Positions 1 to 12,812 of a DNA stretch of 64,000 bases are shown piece by piece (the stretch's first letter is position 1; the number at the start of each line of letters is the position of its first letter). Position numbers and translations under genes: made by a program. Where the stretch lies: assembly GCA_964106915.2 (NCBI GenBank), contig OZ066920.1. One strand, written 5' to 3'. The stretch comes from Podarcis gaigeae (taxonomy: Eukaryota). The notes under the pieces are model-generated. The model ran no database searches, was not told where the DNA came from, and saw only the letters and a program-made list of their open reading frames with translations.

Positions 1-1002
1 AACCTTTGATCTGTCACTTAGACCGCCCCCATCCATGGCTTGCACCTCAAATTCATATAAGGATGATTCCTCAAAATCAAGATTCCCAGTAAGGATGATT
101 TCGCCAGTTGTGGAATTTAACAGAAACATTTGAGAGTCCCTTTTTGTGATTTGTTGGATAGAGTATTTTATATCTCCATTGATTCCTTCATCCATATCAG
201 TCGCTCTCACTGTAGAAAGTGTGGACCACTTGGGAATATTCTCATTCACACTCACTTCATAAAGAGGTTGAGTGAAAACAGGTGCATTGTCATTTGCATC
301 AAGAACAATGATGTGGATTTGTACTGTGCCAGACCTGATGGGATCACCTCCATCAGTAGTTGTGAGGAGTAGATCATAATCTGGTTGCTCTTCCCTGTCC
401 AGAAGTTTCTCCAATAACAACTCAGCACGTCTGACACCGTTCTGTCCTGTTTTTACATGCAAAGAAAAATGGCTACTGCCTGTGAGTTGGTAGCTCTGTA
501 TAGAATTTATCCCCAGATCCGGATCCTGAGCTTCAGGAAGAGGGAAGTGGGACCCAGGTGTAGACAATTCACTGATTTTTAGTTCCCATCCATTCAACAG
601 AAAGAAGGGAGCATTATCATTTATATCCATGATTTCTACTTCAACAACATAAAGCTTTAAGTTGCTCTCAGCAATAACTTGAAACTTTAAGATGCACATT
701 TCTGCCCTTCCACAGATTTTCTCTCTGTCTATTCTCTCAGAGGTTTGTAAATGACCAGTATTGAAATTCAGTTCAAAATACTGAATCATACCTGTACTAG
801 TTACAATGCGGAGTCCATGGTCCAAAAGCTGCTTCCGATCTATCCCCAAGTCCTTTGCAATATTCCCCACAAATGAGCTTTTCTGCATCTCCTCTGGAAT
901 GGAGTAGTGGATCTGTCCAGAAACTGCCTTCCAAATATTCACCATTAGAAGGCATGGTATGATTATTTCTTTGTAACTCCAAGGCCTCTGTTTTCCTTCC
1001 AT
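1..1002 (-). CDS. PCDHGA: Protocadherin gamma A-like variable exon 1, 5' part only (signal peptide, EC1-EC3); runs off the left edge
   Basis: CAT at 1000-1002; open frame MEGKQRPWSYKE...QIHYSIPEE...DINDNAP...DANDNAP...[10 protein letters not shown] to position 1; near-identical to 18312-19313 (offset 18311). Absent from the ORF track because no stop lies in the window. Subfamily label only; no one-to-one ortholog assignable. Confidence 0.9.
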   Translation of the reverse strand, partial: MEGKQRPWSYKEIIIPCLLMVNIWKAVSGQIHYSIPEEMQKSSFVGNIAKDLGIDRKQLLDHGLRIVTSTGMIQYFELNFNTGHLQTSERIDREKICGRAEMCILKFQVIAESNLKLYVVEVEIMDINDNAPFFLLNGWELKISELSTPGSHFPLPEAQDPDLGINSIQSYQLTGSSHFSLHVKTGQNGVRRAELLLEKLLDREEQPDYDLLLTTTDGGDPIRSGTVQIHIIVLDANDNAPVFTQPLYEVSVNENIPKWSTLSTVRATDMDEGINGDIKYSIQQITKRDSQMFLLNSTTGEIILTGNLDFEESSLYEFEVQAMDGGGLSDRSKV

Positions 1003-1172
1003 TTCCTTCCACGAAAAGGAATACTACTAGTTCTTGTTCAAATAGCTTTTATCTGTCCTTTTTTATTTTTAAAGCAAAACCTGCATCATTTTGTTCCCTG
1101 AACTGTCAGTTCCATTCCAGCCTATCTGCAAGAATGGGCAGGCTGGATCGCTCCATGTGTTACTCTGCTGGA

Positions 1173-1213
1173 TTGGTCAACAGCGACACCCAGAGTCACA
1201 GTGAGAAAATGCA
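1173..1213 (-). promoter_or_regulatory. Pcdh promoter CSE / CTCF site, exon 1 (CGCT intact)
   Basis: Minus strand TGCATTTTC-N6-TGACTCTGGGTGTCGCTGTTGACCAA, ~180 bp upstream of ATG; motif recurs before every exon. Confidence 0.85.
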
Positions 1214-4200
1214 GGTGCTTCACACTAGAGTTGTAATCATTCTGCTTTTCATCATGACTTTTTTATTGCTGCTTATGCAGAGGTTATTTGATTCAACATT
1301 ACAGGACTATATCGCTGCTATTCAATTACCATTATTTTCCAGGACAAACAGCTCTGTGTGCAAGGTGTACAGTAATATAGCTATGATCCATATATATGAA
1401 TGGTGATGTTGTTTTTAAGGTTCAGGTGTCCTCAGATGTTGCCAACATTATAGCGGACTAACAAATTAGTGTCTGTTCCTATATTAAAAATGAGGGGAAA
1501 TTGTTTGCATTTTTTAATGGGGGGAGGGGATTGCTGATTATCTTACACTTAGGTGGCCTAGGGTTTTCTCTTTTTATTCTTGTTTTTGAACTTAAAACAA
1601 CAACTCCACACTGGTCACAGTAGTGTTGACGCTCTCTCTTCACAGCTTCTCAGTGGCTGCACTTCTTGGGAGTGATGGAATGCACATAGCGTTGTGCCAT
1701 TCCCAAGGCATTCCAAGAAGTGCCTCCTGCAAGAAACTGGAGAGTGCGTTGTGACAATTCCCTCCGGCCACACTTCCTGCAGTGCCATAGGTGATACATG
1801 ACATGATGCAGCATGACCTCCCCAAGGCATTCCAGGAAGTGCAGCTGATGGGAAGTGGCAAAGAGAGCCTTGCACTACTGCTACCGGTGTGCATTTAAAA
1901 AAAAAATAATGTGAAAAAGCAAGAAAAAAGGGGCCGAGAACCTTCAACCACCTCATAAAGTAAAGTAAGGTAAATGAAAACTCCCCTAAATACTTTGGTG
2001 AAATTTCCATTCCCTCTACCTAAACAAGAGCAATTTTTCTTTTTCTGGGGTGGGGGTCTTGCAGTAATTAAAAGTGGTGAGCAGTTAAAGAAAAAGCTTC
2101 ATAAAATTAAGACTTAATTTGGCATTATATATATAAGCAAGTCTTCAAAGATTTGTGCCTCTCCTAAAAGCCTTTCTCTTCTGTTACAGCTCACCTGTTC
2201 TCTGAAGATGAGGGCATCCAGAGAAGAGCCTCAGAAGCAGATGTCAGTGCTCAGGTAGGATCATATAGGATTCCTCTAGACTCCTTTCTCTCTCCAACTT
2301 GCATCTGTTTCTCGGACACCTGTGCATTTCCATTTCGTGCCCAGGTTCTTAAATCTTCACACTGAAGTGTCTTCATTCTTTTCAGAGAAGTGGAATTGTT
2401 GTGTCTTATTACTGACAGCTGATATTCATTAACCAATTTAGGTTGTCCCTCTTCAACCAAGAAAGTAAATGTAAAGAATCGAATGTTGATTTAAAGAAAG
2501 GCCACAACTGTATGTCACATTCACCCCAGCGGTGTAGGTACCTTCTTATAAACTGAAAGGAGAGTCCATCTTGCCTTGTCTCCCTCCTTTATGCAGCTCC
2601 ACTCCGACTTGGATCTTTGGTTTGGTCCTAAGGCTAATCCATTTGCTGCCCATTTGTGGACCTGAAGAGGCTGCTCTTGCCATTGGTTGTCACAGGCCAT
2701 TAAACATCTGGGATCAAGACCTCCTCCCCTCAGGGCCCACGGTTCCTCCATTTCCTTAGTGAGTGTCTCCAGTAAGCTTTCTTTCATGGAACACTTCAGT
2801 TTCTTCCCTCCCTTATCCTGTAGTTGCATATTACAACTCGTTATAATCAGTTCAGTATACCACACTACCAAATGGCACCTAATCGAAGCATCTGCCCCAC
2901 CGTTAAGGCAGTGCCATGCAGGTAACAAAATCCTTCCACTACAATCAATCTGATCAAACGATTACGTACCTTCCAACATTTCTCCAATGAAAATAGGGAC
3001 GTGCCTCCTGGCCACCCAAAAGACTTACCAGCTAATCCTAGGTGGATGGACTCTCTGACGGGACAGGGAGGAATTCGGTCCAACAGCCTACTTCAGCCAG
3101 ATCCAAGAAGGCTTCCCCACAAGACAGAGCTTGGGCCTAGTCTAAACCGTCTCATCTTCATTTACATGTGGGCAAAGATGCCCTTCCCTTCAGCAAGAGA
3201 GGGAATTCAATGGGACTTGCTCCTAGGTAAGTGTGAATAATCTTTCATTTATTTAGGGTGCTTCTCAAAGCCTCATTCCAAAAACAAACTGAAGTTGGCT
3301 GAGCATTTTCTTGAGCTTTAAGTTTGACCTCCTCAGAGTGGATGTTGGGAGGCCCAAACTCCAAACAGTGTTAACGGTGGATCTCAAGCATGAAGTTAAA
3401 AACATATAATCATCTAGTTATTATAAGTTATTATGGGGGGGGAAGGTGTTGGTACTCACCGTGAAGTTGTTACAATAAGTGCCACACTTTTAAGATTTGA
3501 CAATAAAAAGGTGCCGGCACTGCATACACTTGAGTATCCACAGAAAAAAAAGCACTGTCTTTATATATAAAAAATTATCATCAGTGGGCATGCATCTTGG
3601 CTACAATTCTAAGAGCAACTTTAAGTGTTTCCAAAGGCACATACAACGGAAAGCTTGACCTTTTTTTAGCTGAACAGTCATTCCAGTCCATGCCTACCCT
3701 GCCCCTTGCTCATGCCGTATCATAAACTGTTTATGATACTCCTATCAGGTTTTTTTTTTAAAAGAAAGCTTGTCATGCGAGTGACGGGGTGCATCAGAAA
3801 CACAAATCCAAACCTCATTTGGATTGGCAAAACTACCCATGCTCTTACCAAATAAATTAAAGTATATAGAATAGAGTGCATTAGACCCATTCACAATCCA
3901 CAGAACAAAAAATTAAATGATACATATCTAAAGGAAGACATAAAAAACTGTCAAGACTTGCGTGAATAGCACTGGTTAGATTCATTCCGTCTTACACTGC
4001 AGAATCAATTCACAAGCATACAAATGTGTCTACTTCAGAAGTGTGTTAAATTCTGTCCTCCAGTCTGATGGAACAATGAAAGGTAATTGCCCATCTTTCC
4101 TATTTTAAATTAGGTTTTGTTTTCAACGTTACAAGCATATTGCTTATGTAAAATGCAATCTTTTTATTTGATGTTGGCATCTGTCATAGCTTTTGTTTGT

Positions 4201-4716
4201 AAAGTGTCATACACATATTTTACATTTATTCTTATTTTGCAGGATTTATATACCACTTAACTGTGAAAATTTCTAAGCAGTTTACAAAAACATAGATAGC
4301 ACTATATAAAAAATAGTAAATAATTTACATTTGCTACGAATACAGTTGGCCTGACATTTCTTCATTTTAATAAAATAGTTTCACCACAGTTCCCCCCCTC
4401 ATTCCTCAAGCTCTGACTTAGAAGTTATTGAGAGACTGACAACTGCCTAACCTTAAAATTGCTCACAATACCAACAACATCATAGTACATTAAATCACAA
4501 AATGTGGCCAAACGGTAACTAAGAGGACAATCTTATGCTCCTCTAGGAGGGAAGTTGCAGATCTGTAGGGCTGGCAGAGAGATCCCCTGGTGCAGTTGGA
4601 GACCTTGCTTGCTTGAAATATAATATTCTTAAGCTCGCAATTACACCAAATAAATTCAATCAAATAAACATATTGGATAAGTCAGCTTACTATATAGTAC
4701 AGAAAAAAGAACTCAC

Positions 4717-7146
4717 CATGTCAGTATTCTCCCTTTCAGAACTTAAATTGCCTCCACTGACCATCAAAGAAATGTCAGAGTTGCCATTGCAAAGGAGGTT
4801 CTCTGCTATTTGGACAGTGGGCTGCAGGAATGTCAGCTCATTCCTCCTGGATTCAGATGACAGACAGACCTGGTAGGAATAAGGCAAAGTTCCGTCCTCA
4901 TAATTGGGTGGGAATGTGGCACCAGCCTTTGAGTGGGGGTCAGGAATAAAGCACTGAAGGAAAGTGGGGTTCCTTGACCTTCGAAGCTTCATCAGAATGG
5001 TCAGAATCACCGTCACCAGGAACAGAAAGGACACCAAGGTCAAGGCCAATACCAAATAAAACTGTAGATCAGACTGATATTCTGAGTCACTTGGTTGGGA
5101 GTTCATTTCCGGAAGAGCCTCCTGGAAGTTCTCAGCAAACACCAGGCTCAAAGTTGTGGTGGCTGAGAGAGGAGGATGCCCATTGTCCTTCACCAGGATG
5201 ACCAGCCTCTGCTTCACTGCATCTCTCTCAAGTAATGCTCGGACTGTTTGCACCTCTCCTGTGTGGGAGCCAATGCTGAAGAGTGAGGGCTCTGTGGCCT
5301 GCAGGAGATGGAAGGAGAGCCAGGCATTGTGTCCCGAATCAGAGTCCACGGCCACCACCTTCGTCACAAGATAACCCGACTCAGCTGACCGAGGCACCAT
5401 CTCAAATAAAGGTGAGCCCTCTGTTGATTGTGAGGGGTACAGGATCTGCGGAGCGTTATCATTTCGATCCAAAACACATACTGTCACTGTGGCACTACTA
5501 TTGAGTGGTGGAGAACCTCCATCTTGGGCCTTCACTTGAATCTGAAACTCCCTGAATTGCTCATAGTCAAAGGAGCGTTGGGCATAGATGATCCCGGTCT
5601 CAGAGTTAATGGAGACATAGGAGGAGAGAGGCAGGTCCTTGATGTTGCTGTTAAGGATGGAGTAAGTGATTCTGGCATTGCGATCCAGATCTGGGTCAGA
5701 GGCCTTGATGTGGAAAATTGAAGCTCCAGATGGGTTGTTCTCTGGAACGTAGGCAGTGTAGGAAGATTTTTCAAAGGCTGGTGGGTTATCATTGATATCT
5801 GAGATCTGTATTGATATGGTTTTGTGTGTGGAGAGTGGAGGTGTGCCTTTGTCTGTGGCTGTGATTGTAATATTATACTCGGGAGTCCTTTCTCTGTCAA
5901 GGGCACCATCTATGAGGAGCTTGAAGTAATTATCTGAAGATGAGACTATCAGGAAAGGTACAAGTTCCTTCAGGTGACAGGTGACTTCTCCGTTATCCCC
6001 AGAATCCCTGTCCTGAACTTTAATGAGAGCAATCACAGCTCCAGATGTGACATCTTCTGGAACTGGGCTGGACACGGATGTAAGGATCACATCTGGAGCA
6101 TTGTCATTCTCATCAAGAACCTCAATCTCCACTTTACAATGTGCCGCCAAGCCTCCTCCATCACTTGCCCGAATTATCATCACATAATATTGATTCTCTT
6201 CAAAATCAGCACGTTCTATAAGTGTAATTGTTCCATCTCTGGGATCCAGATGAAATTTCTGCTTGGCTGTTTTTGGGATGTCACTGAAAGTGTAAGTGAT
6301 CTCAGCATTGGACCCTTCATCACTGTCAGATGCTTTGACTTGAAGCACAGAGGTTCCTTTGGGTGCACTCTCCTTCAGGCTCACTTTATAGATTGTCTGG
6401 GTGAAAACAGGAGCATTGTCATTAGCATCAAGAACTGTTACCAATATTTTGGCTGTTCCGGTTTTTGGAGGTTCTCCACCATCCATGGCTGTAAGGACCA
6501 TGTTATGCATCTGTTCCTTTTCCCTGTCCAGTTGTTTCTGCAATATCAATTCTGCATATTTGCCGCCATCATTGCCAGCTTGAATTTCTAGTTTGAAATA
6601 TGGAGTGGAGCTCAATTGATAGTTCTGGAGGGAGTTTATTCCGATATCATCATCTTCAGCATTTCCAAGAGCAAATCGAGTTCCCGGCAGAGTAGACTCA
6701 CTCAATTTAAGCTCAACGTTTTCATTCTGGAAATTTGGGGCATTATCATTAATGTCCTGGATAAGAATATTTATGTGGAAAATATTCAAAGGATTGTGTG
6801 CCACAACTTCTAATTTGAGGACACAAATGGATGATTTCCCACAAATCTCTTCCCGGTCTATCCTCTCATTCACATACAGGTTGCCATTTTGTTCATTCAA
6901 ATCAAAGAATTGCTTTTCTGAAGAAATACCAAGCTTGCGCTTTGACAGCTCTCTGACATCCAACCCCAGATCTTTAGCAAGGTTCTCCACAAAGAAGCCC
7001 TGCTCTGCTTCCTCTGGAACTGAATACTGAACCTGTTCAGACACTACCTGGCAGCAGAACACAGACCAGAATATGAACAGAAACAGTACTTGCCTCTTGG
7101 TGATCTTCCTTGTTCTCTCTGCCTGCTTTACTTCCATCATATCCAT
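4717..7146 (-). CDS. PCDHGB: Protocadherin gamma B-like variable exon 2
   Basis: ORF 4690..7146: six EC repeats (PE, DRE, DxNDNxP), TM, gammaB-type GTLPYSY cytoplasmic motif; phase-0 donor ATG|GTGAGT at 4717/4716; last ORF codons are intron read-through. Confidence 0.93.
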
Positions 7147-7377
7147 TGTTGTTTCTGATTTCTTCCTTCTTTCAGTATAGTTTGCAAGACCCCCAGTACA
7201 CTTATGTGAGATAACAGAAATATTGTTCTTTTGAGCTGATCCTTGGGAAACAGAGAGCTTTTCTTTCTTGAGCAGCTTCTAAAATAAAAGCTTTTCCTTT
7301 CTGCTCAGCTGAAGTGTTAAGAGAGAGAGAGATTGCTCCAAGAGTCTCAGAAATGCTGAGCCATGGCTGCTCCCACG

Positions 7378-7418
7378 TTGTCCAACAGTGACACTCAGAG
7401 TCCACATGGGGAACTGTA
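7378..7418 (-). promoter_or_regulatory. CSE / CTCF site, exon 2 (CACT variant)
   Basis: TACAGTTCC-N6-GGACTCTGAGTGTCACTGTTGGACAA, ~240 bp upstream of ATG. Confidence 0.8.
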
Positions 7419-8091
7419 TTTGCCATTTCAAAAAGGGTACATAGTATATAATTTCTAATGTAGAGAACAGCTTTTAATTTAACCCTTTACAATTGTTTTC
7501 AAGTTGTGCCCCCTCATGCATTATTGATCAGACCTTATAGTTGTTCACTCCATTAAGAGCTCATTTCAGTATGCAGGCCAATGGGACCAGAATTCCAAAG
7601 TTCTTTCTTCCATGTTTAATGTGCGTTAAAAAATCTAAATAATATTAAAAAATTATCACAAGTGAATTTTTAATACATATTCCCATCAGAGGTTCACTTG
7701 TGATAATTTTAGGTTGACCCACATAGTGATTGTGTTTTCATCCAGTACATTTAAACAAAATGTATTTGTGAACAGGAAAATAGGGATGGGCCTTATACTA
7801 GTTCATATTTATTTTCCATTTAGCCCTGTATTGTTTACTTCAACAGGCATAAATTCTCCAGAAGAGGTCAGGCCTTTCTCTATTACTTATTAGAGAGGTG
7901 CTCAAAGGCAACTTCCTGTATAATATTTAATGTAGTTATATATTTTTAAGTCATGTGCTACTCTGTAATGCCTTGGGCTTGAAAAAGAAATCAATACTGC
8001 ATATGTTTTGCAAGATCTTTTTATATGATGCTCAATGTGATCACGCAGTAATCTGTCAAGAAGAGATGATATGTTTTTGCTACAATTTGAG

Positions 8092-8313
8092 GGCAGTAGT
8101 TGTGAGTGAGAAATATGTAGACAAATGATAACATCCAGTTGGTTCAATTCAAAAGCCATTCTTACTTTCTTTTTTTAGCTTTAGGCAGTAGTTGTGAGTG
8201 AGAAATATTTATTTTCTACATCTTCTAAATTGGAAAGGTTTCCATATGTAGACAAATGATAATATCCAGTTGGTTCAATTCAAAAGCCATTCTTACTTTC
8301 TTTTTTTAGCTTT
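8092..8313 (+). repeat. Local tandem duplication (8092-8182 and 8184-8313)
   Basis: GGCAGTAGTTGTGAGTGAGAAATAT...CTTACTTTCTTTTTTTAGCTTT occurs twice; single copy at ~38372-38503. Confidence 0.9.
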
Positions 8314-8695
8314 CCTTTAACCACATCTTGATTTGAGTCAAGCCAGAGGGAGGTGCTCCTGAGACCTGCTTCCTCTCAAGTACCCCTCAAGTACTCAAGT
8401 ACTCTCAAGTACTCACCCTATCCCTTCTTATGAGTCTGTCCATTAGAGTCCTTTCCAGGCCTATGCAGGCTGGAGGGCAGCCGGGTGTACTTCTGAACAG
8501 GAATTTAAAAGCTCCACCACAGGTCTCAGACAAACTCTGCACAAACCCTGAAGTCTAGATTTCTATGTGCATGTGCTTCTCCGTTTCTTTGCATGGCTCT
8601 CGTTGATGGGGAGATGGGGGTATGAGACAAGTTTCAGAAAGAAGAGCATTGTATAACTACCATAAATTAAGGAAGCAATTATTTTAGATGAAAGA

Positions 8696-8805
8696 TAGGA
8701 AGATTTCTGTTAAACGTTAGGGAAAATTCATTTCCTTGAATGGCATTTGAGAATGAAATAATCTTTCCCAGGAATCTGTGGCATTTCCTTCCTTGGGGGT
8801 TTACA
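8696..8805 (+). mobile_element. Old CR1-like fragment
   Basis: GGAAGATTTCTGTTAAACGTTAGGGAAAATTC...TTCCTTCCTTGGGGGTTT weakly colinear with the CR1 at 63522-63785. Confidence 0.4.
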
Positions 8806-10071
8806 TGAAGGGCAGGTGCTTTAGGAATAAAGTACATTTCTTAAAAAAGAGACAAGCTTTCCTTCATGCTGACCTAAAGATTGGGTACACACAGACATTG
8901 CAGTAAGCCAGTTTTTCTAACCCTCTGCTTATGCTGGTGGTCAAATTTATTTTTAGTCAATATAATTTTAAAGTGTTTAAAATATACTTCAGCAGGTTTA
9001 AGTGGTGTGTCATTCCTTGTTAGCGTTGATCTATGGGAGATATGTGGCTCTAAACTAGCATAAAATGTTTTACATAGGCTAAACAACACCAACATATGTG
9101 TGTGGACGTTGGCGGTACTAATCCAGCTTTCATTTGACTGACACAATACATTGGTTTATTCACGTCAAATGCAGTCTCAGCCACAATTTACTACCATTAT
9201 CTCTCCACTTAAAATCTGAGATTATATGAGGGGGAAATAATACTGAGTTACTATTAAAATGTTTGTGAAGCACTTTTCATATTTAAAATGAACTAGAAAC
9301 AGGGGAAAAACACTCTTAAAGCAGGTTCTAACTTTGGTGAATCATTTCACCTTAATATCCCCTTAGGCATTTCTTGAAGCATTCTTATCATTCTAAAATC
9401 AAACCATGTACGGTAGTTGGGACCTTCCCTTCTCATTTTCTCTGCCCTAAAGCAGAACAAAACATACAACTTTCTGGGGGTACGTTACATGGCTCTCACC
9501 CTTTCTCTCCCTCCCTCCCATCCCGCTCCCTCTGCCTCTCAAAGACATTTTTCTTTAAAGGTATGAAATGGAAGAACTTCATTGTTCCAAAACCTTATTC
9601 AGATTGCAATGGAATAACCCTCTAAAATTCAAAGCAGTTTCGACAGTAAAACTCAAGTAATGATATAGGCTAGGTATCAGCATTTTCTACATGCCATATC
9701 CACATCCAATGAATGTATGGAAGAGATGAAGCAAGATCACACTCATCTCCACAATTTCAGTTGAAGATCTGAACACTTACAAATATATACACCTAGGCAC
9801 ACATACCAATAGACCTTTCAATTTGCAAGATTTCTGATGACAAAAAAGAGCCTATTTGACAACACCTGTACATCATATTGTGTACAGACCTTCAGCTTCA
9901 TGTACACCTGTGAGGTTCAAGCAAGTAGGGTAGTTGACCCATCCTCATGTGAACTGATTGTTGAAATGTAAAGCAGAGATAAAGGAGCTTAAAGTATATT
10001 AGTTGTCTATAGATACAGTATATAGGAAATGCATAATCTGTTAACTAGGCACTGCTCAAATTAAAACTCAC

Positions 10072-12492
10072 CATATCAGCTCTATCCATCTCAGAAATTA
10101 GGATATTGCCACTATTGGCAGTCAAAGGTGCATCAAACTTAGCGTTGCATGAAATATTCTCTGCGGTTTGAAGATTGGGTGTTGGAAAGGTGAACTCTTG
10201 TACCCTAGACTCAGATGATAAACATAGCTGATAGGAATATGGCAATGTTCCTTCTTCATAGTTTGGTGGGAAAATGACTGTGTTGTTTGAATGGGAAACA
10301 GGAGCAAAACACTGCAGGAATTTGGGATTCCCTGATCGCCGAATCTTCATGAGAATGGCCAGAATCACTGTCAGGAGGAATAAGAAGGAGATCAAAGCTA
10401 AGGCCAGCACCAAGAAGAATTGTAGATCCAATTGATACTCGGAGTCACTGGGCTGGTGGCTAATTTCTGGAAGTGCCTCCTGGAAGTTCTCAGCAAACAC
10501 CAGGTTGAGACTCACGGTAGCAGATAGTGGTGGCTGCCCATTATCCTTGACTAAGATGATGAGCTTCTGCTTCACAGCATCTCTTTCCAGAAAAGCCCGT
10601 GAGGTCCTGATCTCCCCAGTATGGGAACCAATGGAGAACAGCCCAGGTTCTGTTGCCTGGAGCAGATAGTAGGAGAGCCAAGCGTTGTGTCCAGAGTCAG
10701 CATCCACAGCCACCACCTTGGTCACCAGATAACCCTCCTCTGCTGAGCGAGGCACCATCTCAAACAAGGAGGAGCCCTCTACTCCTTGAGAAGGGTAAAG
10801 AATCTGAGGGCTTTGGTCATTCTGGTCCAGAATACACACTCTCACGGTCGCATTGCTGCTGAGGCGGGGGGAGCCTCCATCTTCGGCCCTCACCTCCACT
10901 TGAAACTCCCTGACTTGCTCATAGTCAAAGGAGCGCTGAGCATAGATAGTGCCAGTCTCAGAATTAATGGAGAGGAAGGATGAGAGAGGCAGCCCCTCAG
11001 TGATGCTGCTGCGAATGGAGTAGGTGATTTGAGCATTCTGGTCCACATCTGGGTCGGAGGCTTTGACCCTGAAAATGGAGGAGCCTGAAGGGTTGTTCTC
11101 TGGGACATAGGCAGTATAATAGGGTTTCTCAAAGGCAGGGCAGTTGTCATTGATGTCTGAGATCTGCAGTGTGATGGTTTTGTATGTGGAAAGAGGGGGG
11201 TTGCCTTTGTCTGTGGCTGTGACTGTGATATTGTACTCTGGAGTTCTTTCTCTGTCCAAGGGGGCATCTGTGAGAAGCTTATAATAATTATTGGAGGCTG
11301 ATACCATTTTGAATGGCAAAGTGTGTTGTATGTCACAAGCAATCTTCCCATTATCTCCAGAGTCTCTATCATTTACATTGATAAGGGCTACCAGGGTTCC
11401 TATTGTAGAGTCTTCAGGGATGGGGATGGATAAAGAGGCAAGAATCACTTCTGGCGCATTGTCATTCTCATCTAATAGTTTTATTTCAACATTACAGTGT
11501 GCCACTAATCCGCCTCCATCTCTTGCTTCTACTGCAATTGCATATCCTTCTGTTTCTTCAAAGTCCAGAGGCTCCTTAAGTGTTATTGTCCCATCTTGTG
11601 GATCCAAGTAGAATTTCTGGCGAGCAATTTCAGGGATGTTACTAAAATTATAGTTGATCTGAGCATAAGAACCTTCATCTCTGTCAGTAGCTTTCACCTG
11701 TACCACTGAAGAACCTTTAGGTGTGTTCTCTTTCAGCTTCACCATGTAGACATCTTTAATGAATACTGGTGGGTTGTCATTTGCATCTATGACATTAATC
11801 CATATTTTGGCTGTTCCAGTCTTGGTGGGCTTACCTTCATCCACAGCTATAAGGATTAACTGGAAGCTGCTTTCATTTTCCCGATCCAACTTTTTATTCA
11901 GTACTAACTTCGAATATTTCTTTCCATCATTTCTCTCACTCACTTCCAGAATAAAGTATGGATTTGTGCTAAGGTGGTAATTCTGGAGAGAATTCACCCC
12001 AAGATCAGGATCTTCAGCTTGTCCAAGGAGAAATGTGGTGCCTTTTAAAGAGGATTCACTTATCTCCAGCTTGATATCCCCATTTACAAAATGTGGTGCA
12101 TGATCATTAATGTCTTGGATCTCTACAGTTATATGAAAAATATTCATAGGACTTCCAACCACCACTTCAAAATTGATGGAGCAGAATGCAGTTTGACCAC
12201 ATAATTCCTCTCTATCAATCCTGTCTCTTACATACAGATTTCCATTTTCTGCACTGAGAGTGAAATATTGCTTTTTACCTAGGGAAAGGATATGCAGATT
12301 GCCATTTCCTATTTCTTCATTATTCAGCCTCAGGTCTTTGACCAGGTTTCCTACAATGTAGCCCTTTTCCATTTCCTCAGGGATGGAATAATGAATGTGC
12401 TCTGAGGCAATCTGACCACACAGAGAGAATAGTAAGAGGAGAGGTACTTGCCTTCTTAGGGATCTGCTGTCTTCCTTCTGCCTATCTTCCAT
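10072..12492 (-). CDS. PCDHGB: Protocadherin gamma B-like variable exon 3 (divergent, single copy in window)
   Basis: ORF 10045..12492; six EC repeats, TM, EGTLPYSY motif; donor ATG|GTGAGT at 10072/10071. Confidence 0.93.
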
Positions 12493-12770
12493 CCCTCTTG
12501 CAGGGATATGTGCTTTATCCTTGTTTTCTGTAATCAGTTGAGCTGATGAGGCATTTCACATTCCCATTAGGATTCAGAAGTGCTCAATAAAGGATGATAA
12601 GGAAGGCTACTAGTTGCTGCTGAATGTCTGTATTTTGCAGAGGTTTTTGTTTCTCAGCAAAACACTTTGGAAGTCCCTGTTTTCTGCTGTTCCCCAGCTC
12701 TGTGTGACTGAACAATCACATTGCAAAAGGATCAGCTCACTGGATTTTCAGCTGCACTGTGAGAACTATG

Positions 12771-12812
12771 TTGGTCAACAGCGGCACTCTGAGTCTCAGA
12801 TGAGGAACTACA
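12771..12812 (-). promoter_or_regulatory. CSE / CTCF site, exon 3 (CGCT intact)
   Basis: TGTAGTTCC...GACTCAGAGTGCCGCTGTTGACCAA, ~290 bp upstream of ATG. Confidence 0.85.

Noticed and set aside
1650-1860. Short direct and inverted repeats (CCCAAGGCATTCCA twice; CACTTC/GAAGTG), duplicated at ~19960-20170
   Set aside because: Probably a decayed DNA transposon, but no termini or TSD could be defined
2521-2953. 135-aa and 125-aa ORFs here and at 21005-21390
   Set aside because: No recognisable domain; frames differ and are interrupted between the two near-identical copies
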